From: a virus
Taxonomy: Duplodnaviria > Caudoviricetes
Length of the DNA: 55,749 nucleotides
Reading direction: 5' to 3' (one strand)
Virus record (IMG/VR): IMGVR_UViG_3300033076_001223
Location: 1-55,749 of that record
Notes under the pieces: generated by a model
Told to the model about the DNA's origin: nothing
What the model saw: only the letters and a program-made list of their open reading frames with translations
Databases searched by the model: none
Shown: positions 7,458 to 17,386 of the stretch, piece by piece
How positions within the stretch are numbered: the first letter of the stretch is position 1
Layout: each line of letters begins with the position of its first letter
Position numbers and translations under genes: made by a program

Positions 7458-8099
7458 ATGCCATCCAGAGATGATTTCACTGATGCGCGCATTGCGCAAT
7501 GTTTTCAGGAAGCCAAGGCCGAGCGCGGCGTGAAGTTTGACCCGCGCGTTTGCAAGTTCACGGCGCGCGTCTACGATCCGGTCACGCGGCGCCAGCGTTG
7601 GCTGGGGTCGTTCGACACGGCGGCCGAAGCCGGTTTGGTTTATCGTTCGGCACCGGAGACGGTGAGGCGCGCCGAGAAGCCCAAGGGAAACGTTTTTTCC
7701 CGAAACTACGAGCAGTGGTTGGGTGAGCAGCCTAAAGACCGGAAGGGCTACCCAGCTCCCGTGCCCGGTTCGACTTTTTGCCCGGATGACGATGTTGACG
7801 GCCCCGCTTTTGAGTATAAGGGGCTCGCCGTCCGTAGGCTTCGCGGGAAGAATTGGTATTTTCACGAGTTCAACGGTCTGTGCGCCACTTGCGAAAAGGG
7901 CTACGACACGCTGGTCGCGCGGCAAGCACAGTACGCGCGGGGTATTGCAAGAAAATGCAAAAAGTGCCGCGAACCGAGCTTCTTTCAAAAGCGCCCCGAT
8001 GCGACTGGTAAAAAGCTGCAAGATGCAACACAAGCTCAACGTGTTGCAGATGTTGCAGATGTTGCGCACGAGCCGGAAGACGGCAGCGATCTGATCTGA
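7458..8099 (+). CDS. AP2-domain DNA-binding protein with C-terminal CxxC...CxxC
   Basis: KFTARVYDP...RWLGSFDTAAEAGLVY is an AP2 signature; CATC/CKKC; GGAG RBS. Confidence 0.75.
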   Translation: MPSRDDFTDARIAQCFQEAKAERGVKFDPRVCKFTARVYDPVTRRQRWLGSFDTAAEAGLVYRSAPETVRRAEKPKGNVFSRNYEQWLGEQPKDRKGYPAPVPGSTFCPDDDVDGPAFEYKGLAVRRLRGKNWYFHEFNGLCATCEKGYDTLVARQAQYARGIARKCKKCREPSFFQKRPDATGKKLQDATQAQRVADVADVAHEPEDGSDLI

Positions 8100-8164
8100 G
8101 CATTGCTTGAAGGCTGATGCTGCTGGTGCTATGTGCTGTCCTGCAGAGCGATGCGGGACAGCAT

Positions 8165-8680
8165 ATGCCAGACAAGCCCAGCCTAGTGAAGCGCCGCCCA
8201 CCGGTGGCGCCCAACGTCGAGCAGATTGATATCGTTCTGCAGCGCATATCCATGGGTGAAATGCTTGCGCCGATCCTCTCAGAGCCGGGCATGCCGCATT
8301 ACACGACGTGGTATGATTGGTGCCGCTCCGACCCCGACCTAGGCCTCGCGTATACGCGCGCGCGAGCCGCGGGTTATGATCGCATCGCCATCAACGCTCG
8401 CGAGACGGCGCGCGGCCGGGGCGACAGCACGCAAGACACGCAGCGCGACAAGCTGATCATCGAGACCGACCTGAAGCTGCTGGCCAAGTGGGATCCGGCG
8501 CGCTACGGCGACAAGCTGGCGCTCTCGGGCGACGCCGACAACCCCATCGTCGTAGAGGACAAGGGCAGCGAGCTGGCTGGCGAGCTTCTCAGCCTCCTTC
8601 GAAACCGCAAGCGCAACGCCGCCCAGACGATCGACGCCACGCCCAAGAGCCCGGCGCTGCCGGCCAAGGGCAAGGCGTGA
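8165..8680 (+). CDS. terS: Terminase small subunit (Sf6-like)
   Basis: MP..TT..DW...D..L...Y.RAR and RDKL.IET..KLLAKW.P.RYGDK motifs; precedes TerL. Confidence 0.85.
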   Translation: MPDKPSLVKRRPPVAPNVEQIDIVLQRISMGEMLAPILSEPGMPHYTTWYDWCRSDPDLGLAYTRARAAGYDRIAINARETARGRGDSTQDTQRDKLIIETDLKLLAKWDPARYGDKLALSGDADNPIVVEDKGSELAGELLSLLRNRKRNAAQTIDATPKSPALPAKGKA

Positions 8681-10176
8681 TCGAGCGCCTCGAGGATCTG
8701 ACGCAGGAGCAGCTCGCCCGCTTGCCGCCGGACACGCTGCAATTCCTGCTGTGGCAGGAGCGCTGGATCGACACGGCCCGCCCCAACCAGATCCCGCCCG
8801 ACGGCGACTGGACCGAGTGCGGCTACATGGCGGGGCGCGGCTTCGGCAAGACGCGCGTCGGCGCTGAGTGGCTGGCGGCCGCCGCCATCGAGGACGAGCA
8901 GGCGCTAGACCGTGCGGTCATTGCCCCTACCTACAGCGACGTGAAGTTCACCTGCATGCAGGGCCCGGCTGGCCTGCTCAAGGTCATCCCGCCCGAGCTG
9001 GTGGTGAACTACAACAGCACCGACCTGATCATTCAGGTGCGCACGCTCTCCGGCAAGACCGCCACGATACGAGGCTTTACGGCCGAAAAGCCCGAGAGGC
9101 TTCGCGGCCCGCAGCACGCCGACATCTGGTGCGACGAGCTTGCTGCATGGCAATATCCGCAAGAGACGTGGGACATGGCGCTCATGGGCCTGCGCCTCGG
9201 CCGGCGGCCGCGGATCCTGTGGACTACGACGCCCAAGCCGATCGAGCTGGTGCGCAAGCTGACCGAGCCCAAGCCCAACCGCGTGCTGGTGCGAGGCAGC
9301 ACTTACGAGAACCGCGCCAACCTGCCCGAAAGCTTCTTCGACCAGTTGCAGCAGTTCGAGGGCACTGTGCTGGGCAGGCAGGAGCTGGAGGGCGAGCTGA
9401 TCGACCCCGAGGAGAGCGGCATCATCAAGCGCTCTTGGCTGCGCCTCTGGCCCGCCAAGCAGCCGCTGCCCGCCTTTGACTGGATCGTCATGTCGCTCGA
9501 CACCGCCTTCACCGAGGCGACCACCGACCGCAAGAGCCACGACCCGGACTACAGCGCATGCACGGTCTGGGGCGGCTTCCGCCACAAGGTCAAGCTGGCC
9601 GGAGGCGGCATGGACGAGCGCGCCCACGTCCTGCTGCTCGACTGCTGGCAGGAGCAGCTCGGCCTGCCGGAGCTGGTCAAGCGGGTGAAGCGCGAACTGA
9701 ACGTGGCCTATGGCGATGATCAGGACACGGCCCTCATCAAGCCGCTGATCGGCCCGAACAAGCCGCTGACCAGCGGCCGCAAGCCCGACATCGTGGTGAT
9801 CGAAGACAAGGGCAGCGGCATCAGCCTGCGCCAAGTGCTCGACCGCGAGGGCGTCGCGTCCTACGCCTACAACCCCGGCCGCGCCGACAAGCTCACGCGT
9901 CTGCACATCGTCTCGCCAATTTTTGCAAGGCGCCAAGTCTGGCTGCCCGAGAGCGACAAGTTTCCGGGCAGGGCGCGGACGTGGACCGATCCGCTGGTGC
10001 ACCAGCTCTGCAGCTTCACCGGCAGCGGCAGCCTGAAGCACGACGACTTCGTCGACAGCACGACGCAGGCGATCCGCCTCATGATGGACAAGAACATGCT
10101 CTCTGCGGTACAAGCGCAGCCAGCACCACGCGAGCCGACGCCACCGCGCACGGTCGTGAACCCCTACGCGGCATGA
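8677..10176 (+). CDS. terL: Terminase large subunit
   Basis: AGRGFGKTR Walker A, LRGPQ, WCDELA Walker B, TTTPK, nuclease DTA..DYSA..HDDFVD; GTG overlaps terS stop. Confidence 0.95.
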   Translation: MIERLEDLTQEQLARLPPDTLQFLLWQERWIDTARPNQIPPDGDWTECGYMAGRGFGKTRVGAEWLAAAAIEDEQALDRAVIAPTYSDVKFTCMQGPAGLLKVIPPELVVNYNSTDLIIQVRTLSGKTATIRGFTAEKPERLRGPQHADIWCDELAAWQYPQETWDMALMGLRLGRRPRILWTTTPKPIELVRKLTEPKPNRVLVRGSTYENRANLPESFFDQLQQFEGTVLGRQELEGELIDPEESGIIKRSWLRLWPAKQPLPAFDWIVMSLDTAFTEATTDRKSHDPDYSACTVWGGFRHKVKLAGGGMDERAHVLLLDCWQEQLGLPELVKRVKRELNVAYGDDQDTALIKPLIGPNKPLTSGRKPDIVVIEDKGSGISLRQVLDREGVASYAYNPGRADKLTRLHIVSPIFARRQVWLPESDKFPGRARTWTDPLVHQLCSFTGSGSLKHDDFVDSTTQAIRLMMDKNMLSAVQAQPAPREPTPPRTVVNPYAA

Positions 10177-10180
10177 GGCT

Positions 10181-12739
10181 ATGATGGCTGACGACGACCT
10201 GCCCGACGACCAGACGGACGACGCGCCGCAGGGCGAGATGGTGCCCGCGCCGGCCGAAGAGGGCAATGGCGTCGAGGACACCGAGGACGGCGGTGCCATC
10301 GTCACGCTCGACGAGGACGAGAGCGAGCAGGCCAAGTCGCCCGATTTCTACAAGAACCTCGCCGAAGAGATACCCGAGCCCGAGCTTGACCGCATCGCGA
10401 CGCAGTTCCTCGAGCTGGTCGACCGCGATCGCGAGGCGCGCAAGAAGCGCGACGAGCAGTACGAGGAAGGCCTGCGCCGCACGGGTCTGGGCAACGACGC
10501 GCCGGGCGGCGCGCAGTTCCAAGGCGCGAGCAAGGTCGTGCATCCCATGATGACCGAGGCGTGCATCGACTTCGCGGCGCGCGCCATGAAAGAGCTGATG
10601 CCCGCCAGCGGCCCGGCCAAGGCCTTCATCCCCGGCGAGCTGACCATGCCGCGGCTCAAGAAGGCGCACCGCAAGACTGAGTTCATGAACTGGCAGCTCA
10701 CGGTGCAGGCGCCGGAGTTCCGCGCCGAGCTGGAGCAGCTCCTGACGCAGGTGCCGCTGGGCGGCGCGCAGTACCTCAAGCTGTCGTGGGACGAAACGCG
10801 CAATCGCCCGGGCTTCTTGTTCGTCGCCATCGACGATATGTATCTGCCCTTCGCGGCGACGAACTTCTACACGGCGCAGCGCAAGACGCACGCGCAGTAC
10901 CTGACGCAGCTCGACTACAAGCAGCGCGTGCGCAGCGGCATGTACCGCGACGTCGACGTGGTGCCAGCCAGCGCCGAGCCTGACTTCAGCAGCGCCAGCA
11001 CCGCCAACGACAAGATCGAAGGGCGCAGCGAGACGAGCTACAACGAGGACGGCCTGCGCACCGTCTACGAGATCTACGCCATCGCCAGCGTCGAGCAGGC
11101 CACGGGCAAGGACGCCGAGGCCGACATGGACGTCGAGCCCGCGCCGTACATCATCACGATCGACAAGATCTCGCGCAAAGTCCTGAGCATCTATCGCAAC
11201 TGGGACGAGCTGGACGAGAGCAAGGAAGAGCTGCAGTGGTTCGTCGAGTTCCCGTTCGTGCCGTGGCGCGGCGCCTACCCGATCGGCCTGCCGCACATGA
11301 TCGGCGGCCTGAGCGCGGCGGCTACCGGCGCCCTGCGCGCCCTGCTCGACGCGGCGCACGTCAGCAACTCGCAGACCATGCTCAAGCTCAAGGGCGGCAC
11401 GCGCGGCGGCCAGACGCTTGAGATCCAGCCCACGCAGGTGCTCGAGATCGAGGGCGGCCTGAACGTCGACGACGTGCGCAAGCTGGCCATGCCACTGCCC
11501 TACAACCCGCCCAGCGCGGTGCTGTACCAGCTCCTCGGCACGCTGATCGAGGCGGGCAAGGGCGTGGTGCGCACGACGCTGGACGACACGGCCGACGGCA
11601 ACCCGAATGCGCCCGTCGGCACGACGCTGGCGCGCATCGAGCAGGGCATGACGGTCTTCAGCGCCATTCACGGCCGCCTGCATGACGCCATGGGCCGGAT
11701 GCTGCGTATCCTGCACCGCCTGAACGGCATGTACCTCGACGACGAGGACATCGAGGCCGAGCTGGGCGAGGAGCTGGCCACGCGCAAGGACTTCAACGGC
11801 CCGCTCGACGTGGTGCCGGTGTCCGACCCGAACATCTTCAGCGAGGCGCAGCGCTATGCGCAGGTGCAGGCTGTGGCGCAGCGCGCCGCGGCCATGCCGC
11901 AGCTCTACAACCTGCGCAAGGTCGAGGAGCGCCTGCTCGAGACGCTGAAAATCCCCAACGCCAAGGATCTGCTCAACCCGGCCGTCGAGCCCAAGGAGCA
12001 GAACGCCGTCAACGAGAACGTCAAGGCGAGCATGGGCAAGCCGGTCGTGGCCTTCCCCGAGCAGGATCACATCGCGCACCTCAAGACGCATTTGGCCTAC
12101 ATGACGAACCCGGCGCTGGGCATGAACACCCTGATCGCGCCGGCGTATTTGCCGGTGATGCTGAACCATATCCGCGAGCACATCGCCCTGTGGTACGCGG
12201 CGTCCGTGTTCGAGCTGGGCAACGAGACGGCCGGTCAGGACATCGGCGAGCTGATGAAGGGAAACAAGACGCCCGAGGACAAGCGCGCCTTCGACCGCAT
12301 GCTGGCCGAGGCCTCGCAGATCGTCTCGCAGGAGGCGGTCGGCGTGTTCCAAGCCCTGCCGCCCATCATCCAGCAGGCGCAGCAGCTCATGCAGCAGCTC
12401 GCCCCGCAGCCGGTCGACCCGGCGGCGCAGGCCGCCATGGCCGACATCAACCAGCGCGCACAGGCCGCGCAGCAGCGCACGCAGCTCGAGGGTGCCAAGC
12501 TGCAGCAGAAGGAGCAGGCCGATCAGCGCGACGCCGCGCTTGAGCAGGCCAGCCTGCAGCAGAGGGCGCAAGCCGATGCGGCGCGTCAGGAAGGCGAAGA
12601 TAAGCGCAAGGGCGCCGAGCTGCTGGCGCGCGCGCAGATGAACACGCAAGACAACATGACCGCGATGCGGATCGCCAACCTCGAAGCCGTCACCGGCGAG
12701 AAGGTCGGCGTCAGCACCGGCACAGGCATCAACCCCTAA
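10181..12739 (+). CDS. Portal protein
   Basis: 852 aa directly after TerL, Q-rich C-terminal barrel typical of P22/HTVC010P-like podovirus portals. Confidence 0.9.
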   Translation: MMADDDLPDDQTDDAPQGEMVPAPAEEGNGVEDTEDGGAIVTLDEDESEQAKSPDFYKNLAEEIPEPELDRIATQFLELVDRDREARKKRDEQYEEGLRRTGLGNDAPGGAQFQGASKVVHPMMTEACIDFAARAMKELMPASGPAKAFIPGELTMPRLKKAHRKTEFMNWQLTVQAPEFRAELEQLLTQVPLGGAQYLKLSWDETRNRPGFLFVAIDDMYLPFAATNFYTAQRKTHAQYLTQLDYKQRVRSGMYRDVDVVPASAEPDFSSASTANDKIEGRSETSYNEDGLRTVYEIYAIASVEQATGKDAEADMDVEPAPYIITIDKISRKVLSIYRNWDELDESKEELQWFVEFPFVPWRGAYPIGLPHMIGGLSAAATGALRALLDAAHVSNSQTMLKLKGGTRGGQTLEIQPTQVLEIEGGLNVDDVRKLAMPLPYNPPSAVLYQLLGTLIEAGKGVVRTTLDDTADGNPNAPVGTTLARIEQGMTVFSAIHGRLHDAMGRMLRILHRLNGMYLDDEDIEAELGEELATRKDFNGPLDVVPVSDPNIFSEAQRYAQVQAVAQRAAAMPQLYNLRKVEERLLETLKIPNAKDLLNPAVEPKEQNAVNENVKASMGKPVVAFPEQDHIAHLKTHLAYMTNPALGMNTLIAPAYLPVMLNHIREHIALWYAASVFELGNETAGQDIGELMKGNKTPEDKRAFDRMLAEASQIVSQEAVGVFQALPPIIQQAQQLMQQLAPQPVDPAAQAAMADINQRAQAAQQRTQLEGAKLQQKEQADQRDAALEQASLQQRAQADAARQEGEDKRKGAELLARAQMNTQDNMTAMRIANLEAVTGEKVGVSTGTGINP

Positions 12740-12756
12740 GACAAGGATTTACGATT

Positions 12757-12897
12757 ATGGCGAAGAAAGGTGACACCGTCGGCACCAAGGGCGAGACGGT
12801 CAAGTCGGGCGACATCATCAACCAGCACAAGCGCATGGCCATGGGTCTGCCCATCGAGCCGGTGAGCAAGATGCCGGTCAAGAAGACGCCTGCTTGA
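12757..12897 (+). CDS. Small basic protein (46 aa)
   Basis: MAKKGDTVG...INQHKRMAMG; AAGGA RBS. Confidence 0.65.
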   Translation: MAKKGDTVGTKGETVKSGDIINQHKRMAMGLPIEPVSKMPVKKTPA

Positions 12898-13088
12898 ACA
12901 TCGCAGCAATTCTTAAGGCCATCGAGGACACGCAGGCGCAGCTTGCGAAAGATGCCTTGAGTACACCTACCGGGCGTGACGCGTTCGACTATGGACGCGC
13001 CGTCGGAATGTATGCCGGGCTTGAGCACGCTAAAGACCTGATCGTAGGTCTGGTGGCGGAACGGGAACGGAAGGACTTCAACCTTTAA
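12894..13088 (+). CDS. Hypothetical head-module protein
   Basis: FDYGRAVGMYAGL; lies between portal and GroES. Confidence 0.7.
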   Translation: MNIAAILKAIEDTQAQLAKDALSTPTGRDAFDYGRAVGMYAGLEHAKDLIVGLVAERERKDFNL

Positions 13089-13109
13089 CCACTTGCAGGA
13101 GGAGCACCC

Positions 13110-13535
13110 ATGCAAGAAATAGCAAACAAGATCTCGTTCGCATACGACAGTATCGACGAGGCGTTCCCGACATGCGATCCGGGCGTGACGCCATTCGGCA
13201 GTCGCGTCCTTGTGCAGATCAGGACGCCGAAGAAGAAAACCGCCGGCGGCATCGTGCTGGTGGGCGAGACGCGCGAGATCGAGCACTACAACACCCAAGT
13301 CGCCAAGGTCTTGGCCGTCGGCAGCTTGGCCTTCAAGAACCGAAACACCATGGAGAGCTGGCCCGAAGGCTCGTGGTGCGCGCCCGGCGATTTCGTGCGC
13401 GTGCCGCGCTACGGCGGCGACAGGTGGACGGTTAAGACGCCCGATGGCGATGAGGCCATCGTGGTGATTTTCAACGATCTCGACCTAGTGGGCAAGGTGA
13501 CCGGCGATCCGCTGGCCATCAAAGCCTTCCTATAA
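13110..13535 (+). CDS. groES: GroES-like co-chaperonin
   Basis: PFGSRVLV...TAGGIVL...AKVLAVG...GDFV. Confidence 0.9.
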   Translation: MQEIANKISFAYDSIDEAFPTCDPGVTPFGSRVLVQIRTPKKKTAGGIVLVGETREIEHYNTQVAKVLAVGSLAFKNRNTMESWPEGSWCAPGDFVRVPRYGGDRWTVKTPDGDEAIVVIFNDLDLVGKVTGDPLAIKAFL

Positions 13536-13556
13536 GGCTGCAAAGGAGAGCCGGTC

Positions 13557-14558
13557 ATGGCAGACAACAAACTGACGGAAGACGACGAGGAACTGATCGT
13601 CGTAGAGACGCCGCCCGAGGGCGAAAAGCAAACAGACAAGGCGGACGACAAGAAGGCCGAGGACGAGAAGGCCGAAGACAAGGCCGGCGAGAGCGACGCC
13701 GAGGACGACGATGACGATCAGGATGATGGCGACGAACGCCTCGCTGAAAGTCAGGACGACGCCGACGAGGATATGTCGCCCAACCGCAAGCGCCGCCTCA
13801 AGCGGCGCGAGATGCGCAAGCGCGCCAAGGAGAACGCCGAGCGGGAGCTGGCCTTTCTGCGCGAGCAGAACGCCGAGTTCGCCCGGCGCCTGTCGGCTGT
13901 CGAGGGGCACGCCCTCGCCACCAACGTGCAGGGCCTCGACCAGCGCATCAACGAAGCGCTGCGCGACGCCCAGCAGGCCGAGCAGATCATGGCGCGCGCG
14001 ATCGAAGCCGGTAACGGCGACGACGTGGCCACGGCCCTGCGTCTGCGCGACGAGGCGCGTCAGCGTGCGGCGGAATTGTTCCAGTCAAAACAACAGGTTG
14101 AGAACGCCCGCAAGCAGCAGACCACGCCCGCCGTCGACCCGCGCGTGCGCAATTTTGCGCAGGAGTGGGTTCAGGCCAACCCGTGGTACGACCCGAACGG
14201 CCGCGACGAGGACAGCCGCATCACCAAGGCAATCGACGACGGTCTCGTCTCCGAGGGCTACAACCCGGCGTCGCCGGATTACTGGCACGAGCTGACGCGT
14301 CGCGTGTCGGCGCGTCTCGGATCTGCCGACGACACGCCGGAGGAAAAAGCGTCGAAGCGCGAAGCGGCGCCCGCAAAGCGCAAGGCTCCGCCCACCGGCA
14401 CGAGCCGCGAGCACGTCCCGCCGTCGACGCGCAAGGAAGTGTACGTGACACCAGAACGCAAACAGGCTATGATTGATGCTGGAGTGTGGGATGATCCCAC
14501 GCTTCGGACGCGCTATCTCAAGGCGTATCAGGCCTACGACAAGAACTCGGCACGCTAA
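13557..14558 (+). CDS. Scaffolding protein
   Basis: Acidic N-terminus, long coiled coil, W...NPWY; upstream of capsid genes. Confidence 0.75.
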   Translation: MADNKLTEDDEELIVVETPPEGEKQTDKADDKKAEDEKAEDKAGESDAEDDDDDQDDGDERLAESQDDADEDMSPNRKRRLKRREMRKRAKENAERELAFLREQNAEFARRLSAVEGHALATNVQGLDQRINEALRDAQQAEQIMARAIEAGNGDDVATALRLRDEARQRAAELFQSKQQVENARKQQTTPAVDPRVRNFAQEWVQANPWYDPNGRDEDSRITKAIDDGLVSEGYNPASPDYWHELTRRVSARLGSADDTPEEKASKREAAPAKRKAPPTGTSREHVPPSTRKEVYVTPERKQAMIDAGVWDDPTLRTRYLKAYQAYDKNSAR

Positions 14559-14571
14559 AGGAGCGAACCAG

Positions 14572-15105
14572 ATGAACGTAGATGATCGCCTTAAGAAGGA
14601 ACTCGGTGCCAGTCGCAGCAACCGCGCCAGCGAAGACCGCAAGGTTACGCAGGACCGCAAGGTTAGCGATGACGACAGGCTGGAGATGTTCCGTCAGCAA
14701 CTGTTTAACGATGCATTGCCGGATCTACCCGAATTGCCCGGGTATCACACAATCTGGCTCACGACTACGAACCCGCGTGATCCCATCCACCGCAGGATCC
14801 AGCTCGGATACGAGCCGATCAAGCCGGAAGAGATCCCGGGCATGGAGTATGCGTCCATCAAGACCGGCGAATGGACCGGTTTTGTGGGCGTCAACGAGAT
14901 GCTCGCGTTTAAGCTGCCCATGAGCCTCTACCAGAAGTTCATGCAGGAAGCTCACCACGATGCGCCGTTGCGTGAGGAAAACAAGCTGGCCGAAACCGCA
15001 GAGATTATGCGGGAGCAGGCGGCTCGTGCCGGAGCGAAGCTGATCGAGGGCGACGGGATGACGGAGATGTATGAACCCGCTCCCCATGCACCAGTTTTCA
15101 ACTGA
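14572..15105 (+). CDS. Conserved head-module protein
   Basis: P.LPGYH..WL...GYEP motif; AAGGAG RBS. Confidence 0.75.
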   Translation: MNVDDRLKKELGASRSNRASEDRKVTQDRKVSDDDRLEMFRQQLFNDALPDLPELPGYHTIWLTTTNPRDPIHRRIQLGYEPIKPEEIPGMEYASIKTGEWTGFVGVNEMLAFKLPMSLYQKFMQEAHHDAPLREENKLAETAEIMREQAARAGAKLIEGDGMTEMYEPAPHAPVFN

Positions 15106-15145
15106 GGCTTGGGGTTTCGAAACCCAACCTTAGAGGTAATGGCTA

Positions 15146-15718
15146 ATGTCTTCTGTTTCCCAGCCGTTTGGCCTCCGTCCGTCTTACTCGCCGAGTGGTG
15201 TGGTCCGTCCCACCGCTTACACGATTGAGAACGGTTACGCGGCCAACATTTATCAGAACCAGCCGGTTCGCATCGCCCCGTCTACGGGCGCCGGCGAAGT
15301 GGAAGGTACCCTTGTGGCGGCCGCCGTTGGCGACGCTTTCATCGGTACCTTTCAGGGCGTCGAGTTCACCGACAGCGACGGTCGTCGTCGCGTGTCGAAC
15401 AAGTGGACTGCTTCGCAGTATGGCACCGACGTGGTCGCCTATTCGACGCTCGACCCGAGCATCGTGTATGAGATCCAGTCGAATGCCACGCTGACCGTCG
15501 CCAGCATCGGCAAGCAGTACAATCTCACTGCCATCAGCGGTAATACCACGACGGGCCTCTCCTCGCAGATGCTCGACACGGCTACTTCCGCTTCGAATGC
15601 GTCCGTTCGCGTCATCGGCATTACGCCGGGTCCGAACAACGCTTGGGGTGACGACTACGTCATCGTTCAGGTCCAGATCAGCGAACATCAGAACGTCGCT
15701 GATAAGGCCGCATACTAA
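15146..15718 (+). CDS. Capsid decoration / minor capsid protein
   Basis: PFGLRP..., G.FQG.EFTD, DP..VYEIQ; immediately before MCP. Confidence 0.75.
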   Translation: MSSVSQPFGLRPSYSPSGVVRPTAYTIENGYAANIYQNQPVRIAPSTGAGEVEGTLVAAAVGDAFIGTFQGVEFTDSDGRRRVSNKWTASQYGTDVVAYSTLDPSIVYEIQSNATLTVASIGKQYNLTAISGNTTTGLSSQMLDTATSASNASVRVIGITPGPNNAWGDDYVIVQVQISEHQNVADKAAY

Positions 15719-15735
15719 GAAAGGGGCCCTGAACT

Positions 15736-16650
15736 ATGGCTACTCCTATGCGCAGTACGGACTTTCGTTCGATCGTCGAACCGATCCTGAACGAAGAGTT
15801 CGACGGTATCTACAACCAGCGTGCGGATGAATACGCGCAGGTCTTCAAGACCTTCAACGGCATCCCGCGTAACTACCACGAAGAACCCGTCCTGTACGGT
15901 TTCGGCGCTGCGCCGGAACTCCCGGACGGCATGCCCGTGACCTACCAGTCGGGTGGCGTGCTCTTCATCCAGCGCTACGTCTATCGGGTGTATGGCCTCG
16001 CCTTCGCCCTGACCAAGGTGCTGGTGGAAGACGGCGACCACATCCGCATCGGCCAGACCTACGCCCGTCATCTGGCGCAGTCGCTGATCGAGACCAAGGA
16101 AACCCTTGGCGCCAACGTCCTGAACCGTGCCTTCAACGCCGCGTACACCGGCGGCGACGGCAAGGAGCTGGTGGCGACGGATCACCCGATTGCCAACGGT
16201 ACCTTCAGCAACAAGCTGTCGACTGCCGCCAACCTGTCGCAGACGTCTCTGGAGCAGCTCCTGATCCAGATCCGCAATGCGGTGGACAACAACGGCAAGC
16301 GCATCCGCCTGACGCCGAAGAAGATCGTCGCTGGCCCCAGCAACGTCTTCCAAGCCGAGGTGCTGCTGAAGTCCGCTCTGCGTGCCGGCACGGCTGACAA
16401 CGACATCAACCCCGTCCGTTCGATGGGTCTGCTGTCGGATGGTCAGGCGAACCTGTCGCGTATCACCTCGACCACCGCGTGGTGGGTCGAGACCGATGCG
16501 CCGGAAGGTCTGAAGCTGGCCATGCGCCGTGGTCTGGAAAAGTCCATGGAAGGCGACTTCGAAACCGACTCCATGAGGTACAAGGCGACCGAACGATATG
16601 CGTTCGGATGGACTGACCCTCGTGGCGTGTTTGGTACTCCGGGCCTGTAA
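15736..16650 (+). CDS. Major capsid protein (Mu gpT-like / HTVC010P-type)
   Basis: 304 aa; GGDG..L.ATDHP, ADNDINP, DFETD..RYKATERYAFGWTDPRG; highly biased codons. Confidence 0.92.
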   Translation: MATPMRSTDFRSIVEPILNEEFDGIYNQRADEYAQVFKTFNGIPRNYHEEPVLYGFGAAPELPDGMPVTYQSGGVLFIQRYVYRVYGLAFALTKVLVEDGDHIRIGQTYARHLAQSLIETKETLGANVLNRAFNAAYTGGDGKELVATDHPIANGTFSNKLSTAANLSQTSLEQLLIQIRNAVDNNGKRIRLTPKKIVAGPSNVFQAEVLLKSALRAGTADNDINPVRSMGLLSDGQANLSRITSTTAWWVETDAPEGLKLAMRRGLEKSMEGDFETDSMRYKATERYAFGWTDPRGVFGTPGL

Positions 16651-16663
16651 GCCCGAAACGGAA

Positions 16664-16690
16664 CCCGGGCTGGCCTAAAGCCAGCCCGGG
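16664..16690 (+). terminator. Stem-loop after MCP
   Basis: CCCGGGCTGGC-ctaaa-GCCAGCCCGGG; weak U-tract. Confidence 0.55.
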
Positions 16691-16699
16691 CTCTGTCTA

Positions 16700-16778
16700 T
16701 ACATCCCGGGGAAAACCCAGCTTGTCAGACCGACCCGGCGGACGGTGCACAGACTGACAGGCGACTTGTGCACAAAGG
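16700..16778 (+). ncRNA. Pseudoknotted RNA, likely Mu-gpT-DE motif
   Basis: Crossing helices 16706-10/16734-38, 16720-28/16754-62, 16745-51/16767-73, just downstream of a gpT-like capsid gene. Confidence 0.65.
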
Positions 16779-16788
16779 AATTTGAACC

Positions 16789-17385
16789 ATGGCGTCAACG
16801 ACTTTTTCCGGGCCGGTCACTTCGCAGAACGGCTTCATCAGCGGTACCTCAACTGATCCCATCGCCGTCACTTCTGCCGGCAACATCTCCAGCTCTTACG
16901 GCACGACTTCTGCCGCCACTGGCGACACGCGTCTGAACTACTCCAAGCTGACCTTCACCTCGACCGGCTCGGGCGAGACGCTGCGCGCGTTCTCCGTCGT
17001 GACGGGCGCGGGCGCGGCCACCGGCGGCACTGTCAACGGCGCGCACATTTCGCTGTCGGTTAATTCTCCCGGCACGATCTCCGGCGCCGGTAACGCCCTG
17101 CGCGTCACGCTGGGTATTGGCGCCTCGGCCAACCCGGGCGGCACTATCGCCGCTCTGCAGGTCGACAGCGACTTCAACAACACCGGCACGGTTCCGGCTA
17201 CCGCCGCGGCCATCCGCATCACCAACTCCAACACCAAGATCTTCCCGAACCTGTTCAGCGTTCCGGCCCCCGCGGCTGGCGGCGTCCTGCGCGCGGTTCT
17301 GGGCAGCCCGTCTGTGACCCACACCATGCCGGTGCTGGGTTCCAACGGCACGACCTACTACATCTTGGTTTCGACGACGGCCTAA
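16789..17385 (+). CDS. Virion structural protein (head fibre-like)
   Basis: MASTTFSGPVTS.NGF start; G/T/S/A-rich. Confidence 0.75.
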   Translation: MASTTFSGPVTSQNGFISGTSTDPIAVTSAGNISSSYGTTSAATGDTRLNYSKLTFTSTGSGETLRAFSVVTGAGAATGGTVNGAHISLSVNSPGTISGAGNALRVTLGIGASANPGGTIAALQVDSDFNNTGTVPATAAAIRITNSNTKIFPNLFSVPAPAAGGVLRAVLGSPSVTHTMPVLGSNGTTYYILVSTTA

Positions 17386-17386
17386 C

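Noticed and set aside
8905-12649. Long antisense ORFs (476 and 856 aa) and similar ones elsewhere
   Set aside because: Expected shadows of high-GC3 genes; no RBS or motifs, and they lie opposite TerL and portal
13110-13535. Phage GroES as a novelty
   Set aside because: Well known in phage head modules (T4 gp31 precedent)
15109-15131. GGGTTTCGAAACCC palindrome
   Set aside because: Single short intergenic hairpin with no second copy; not informative
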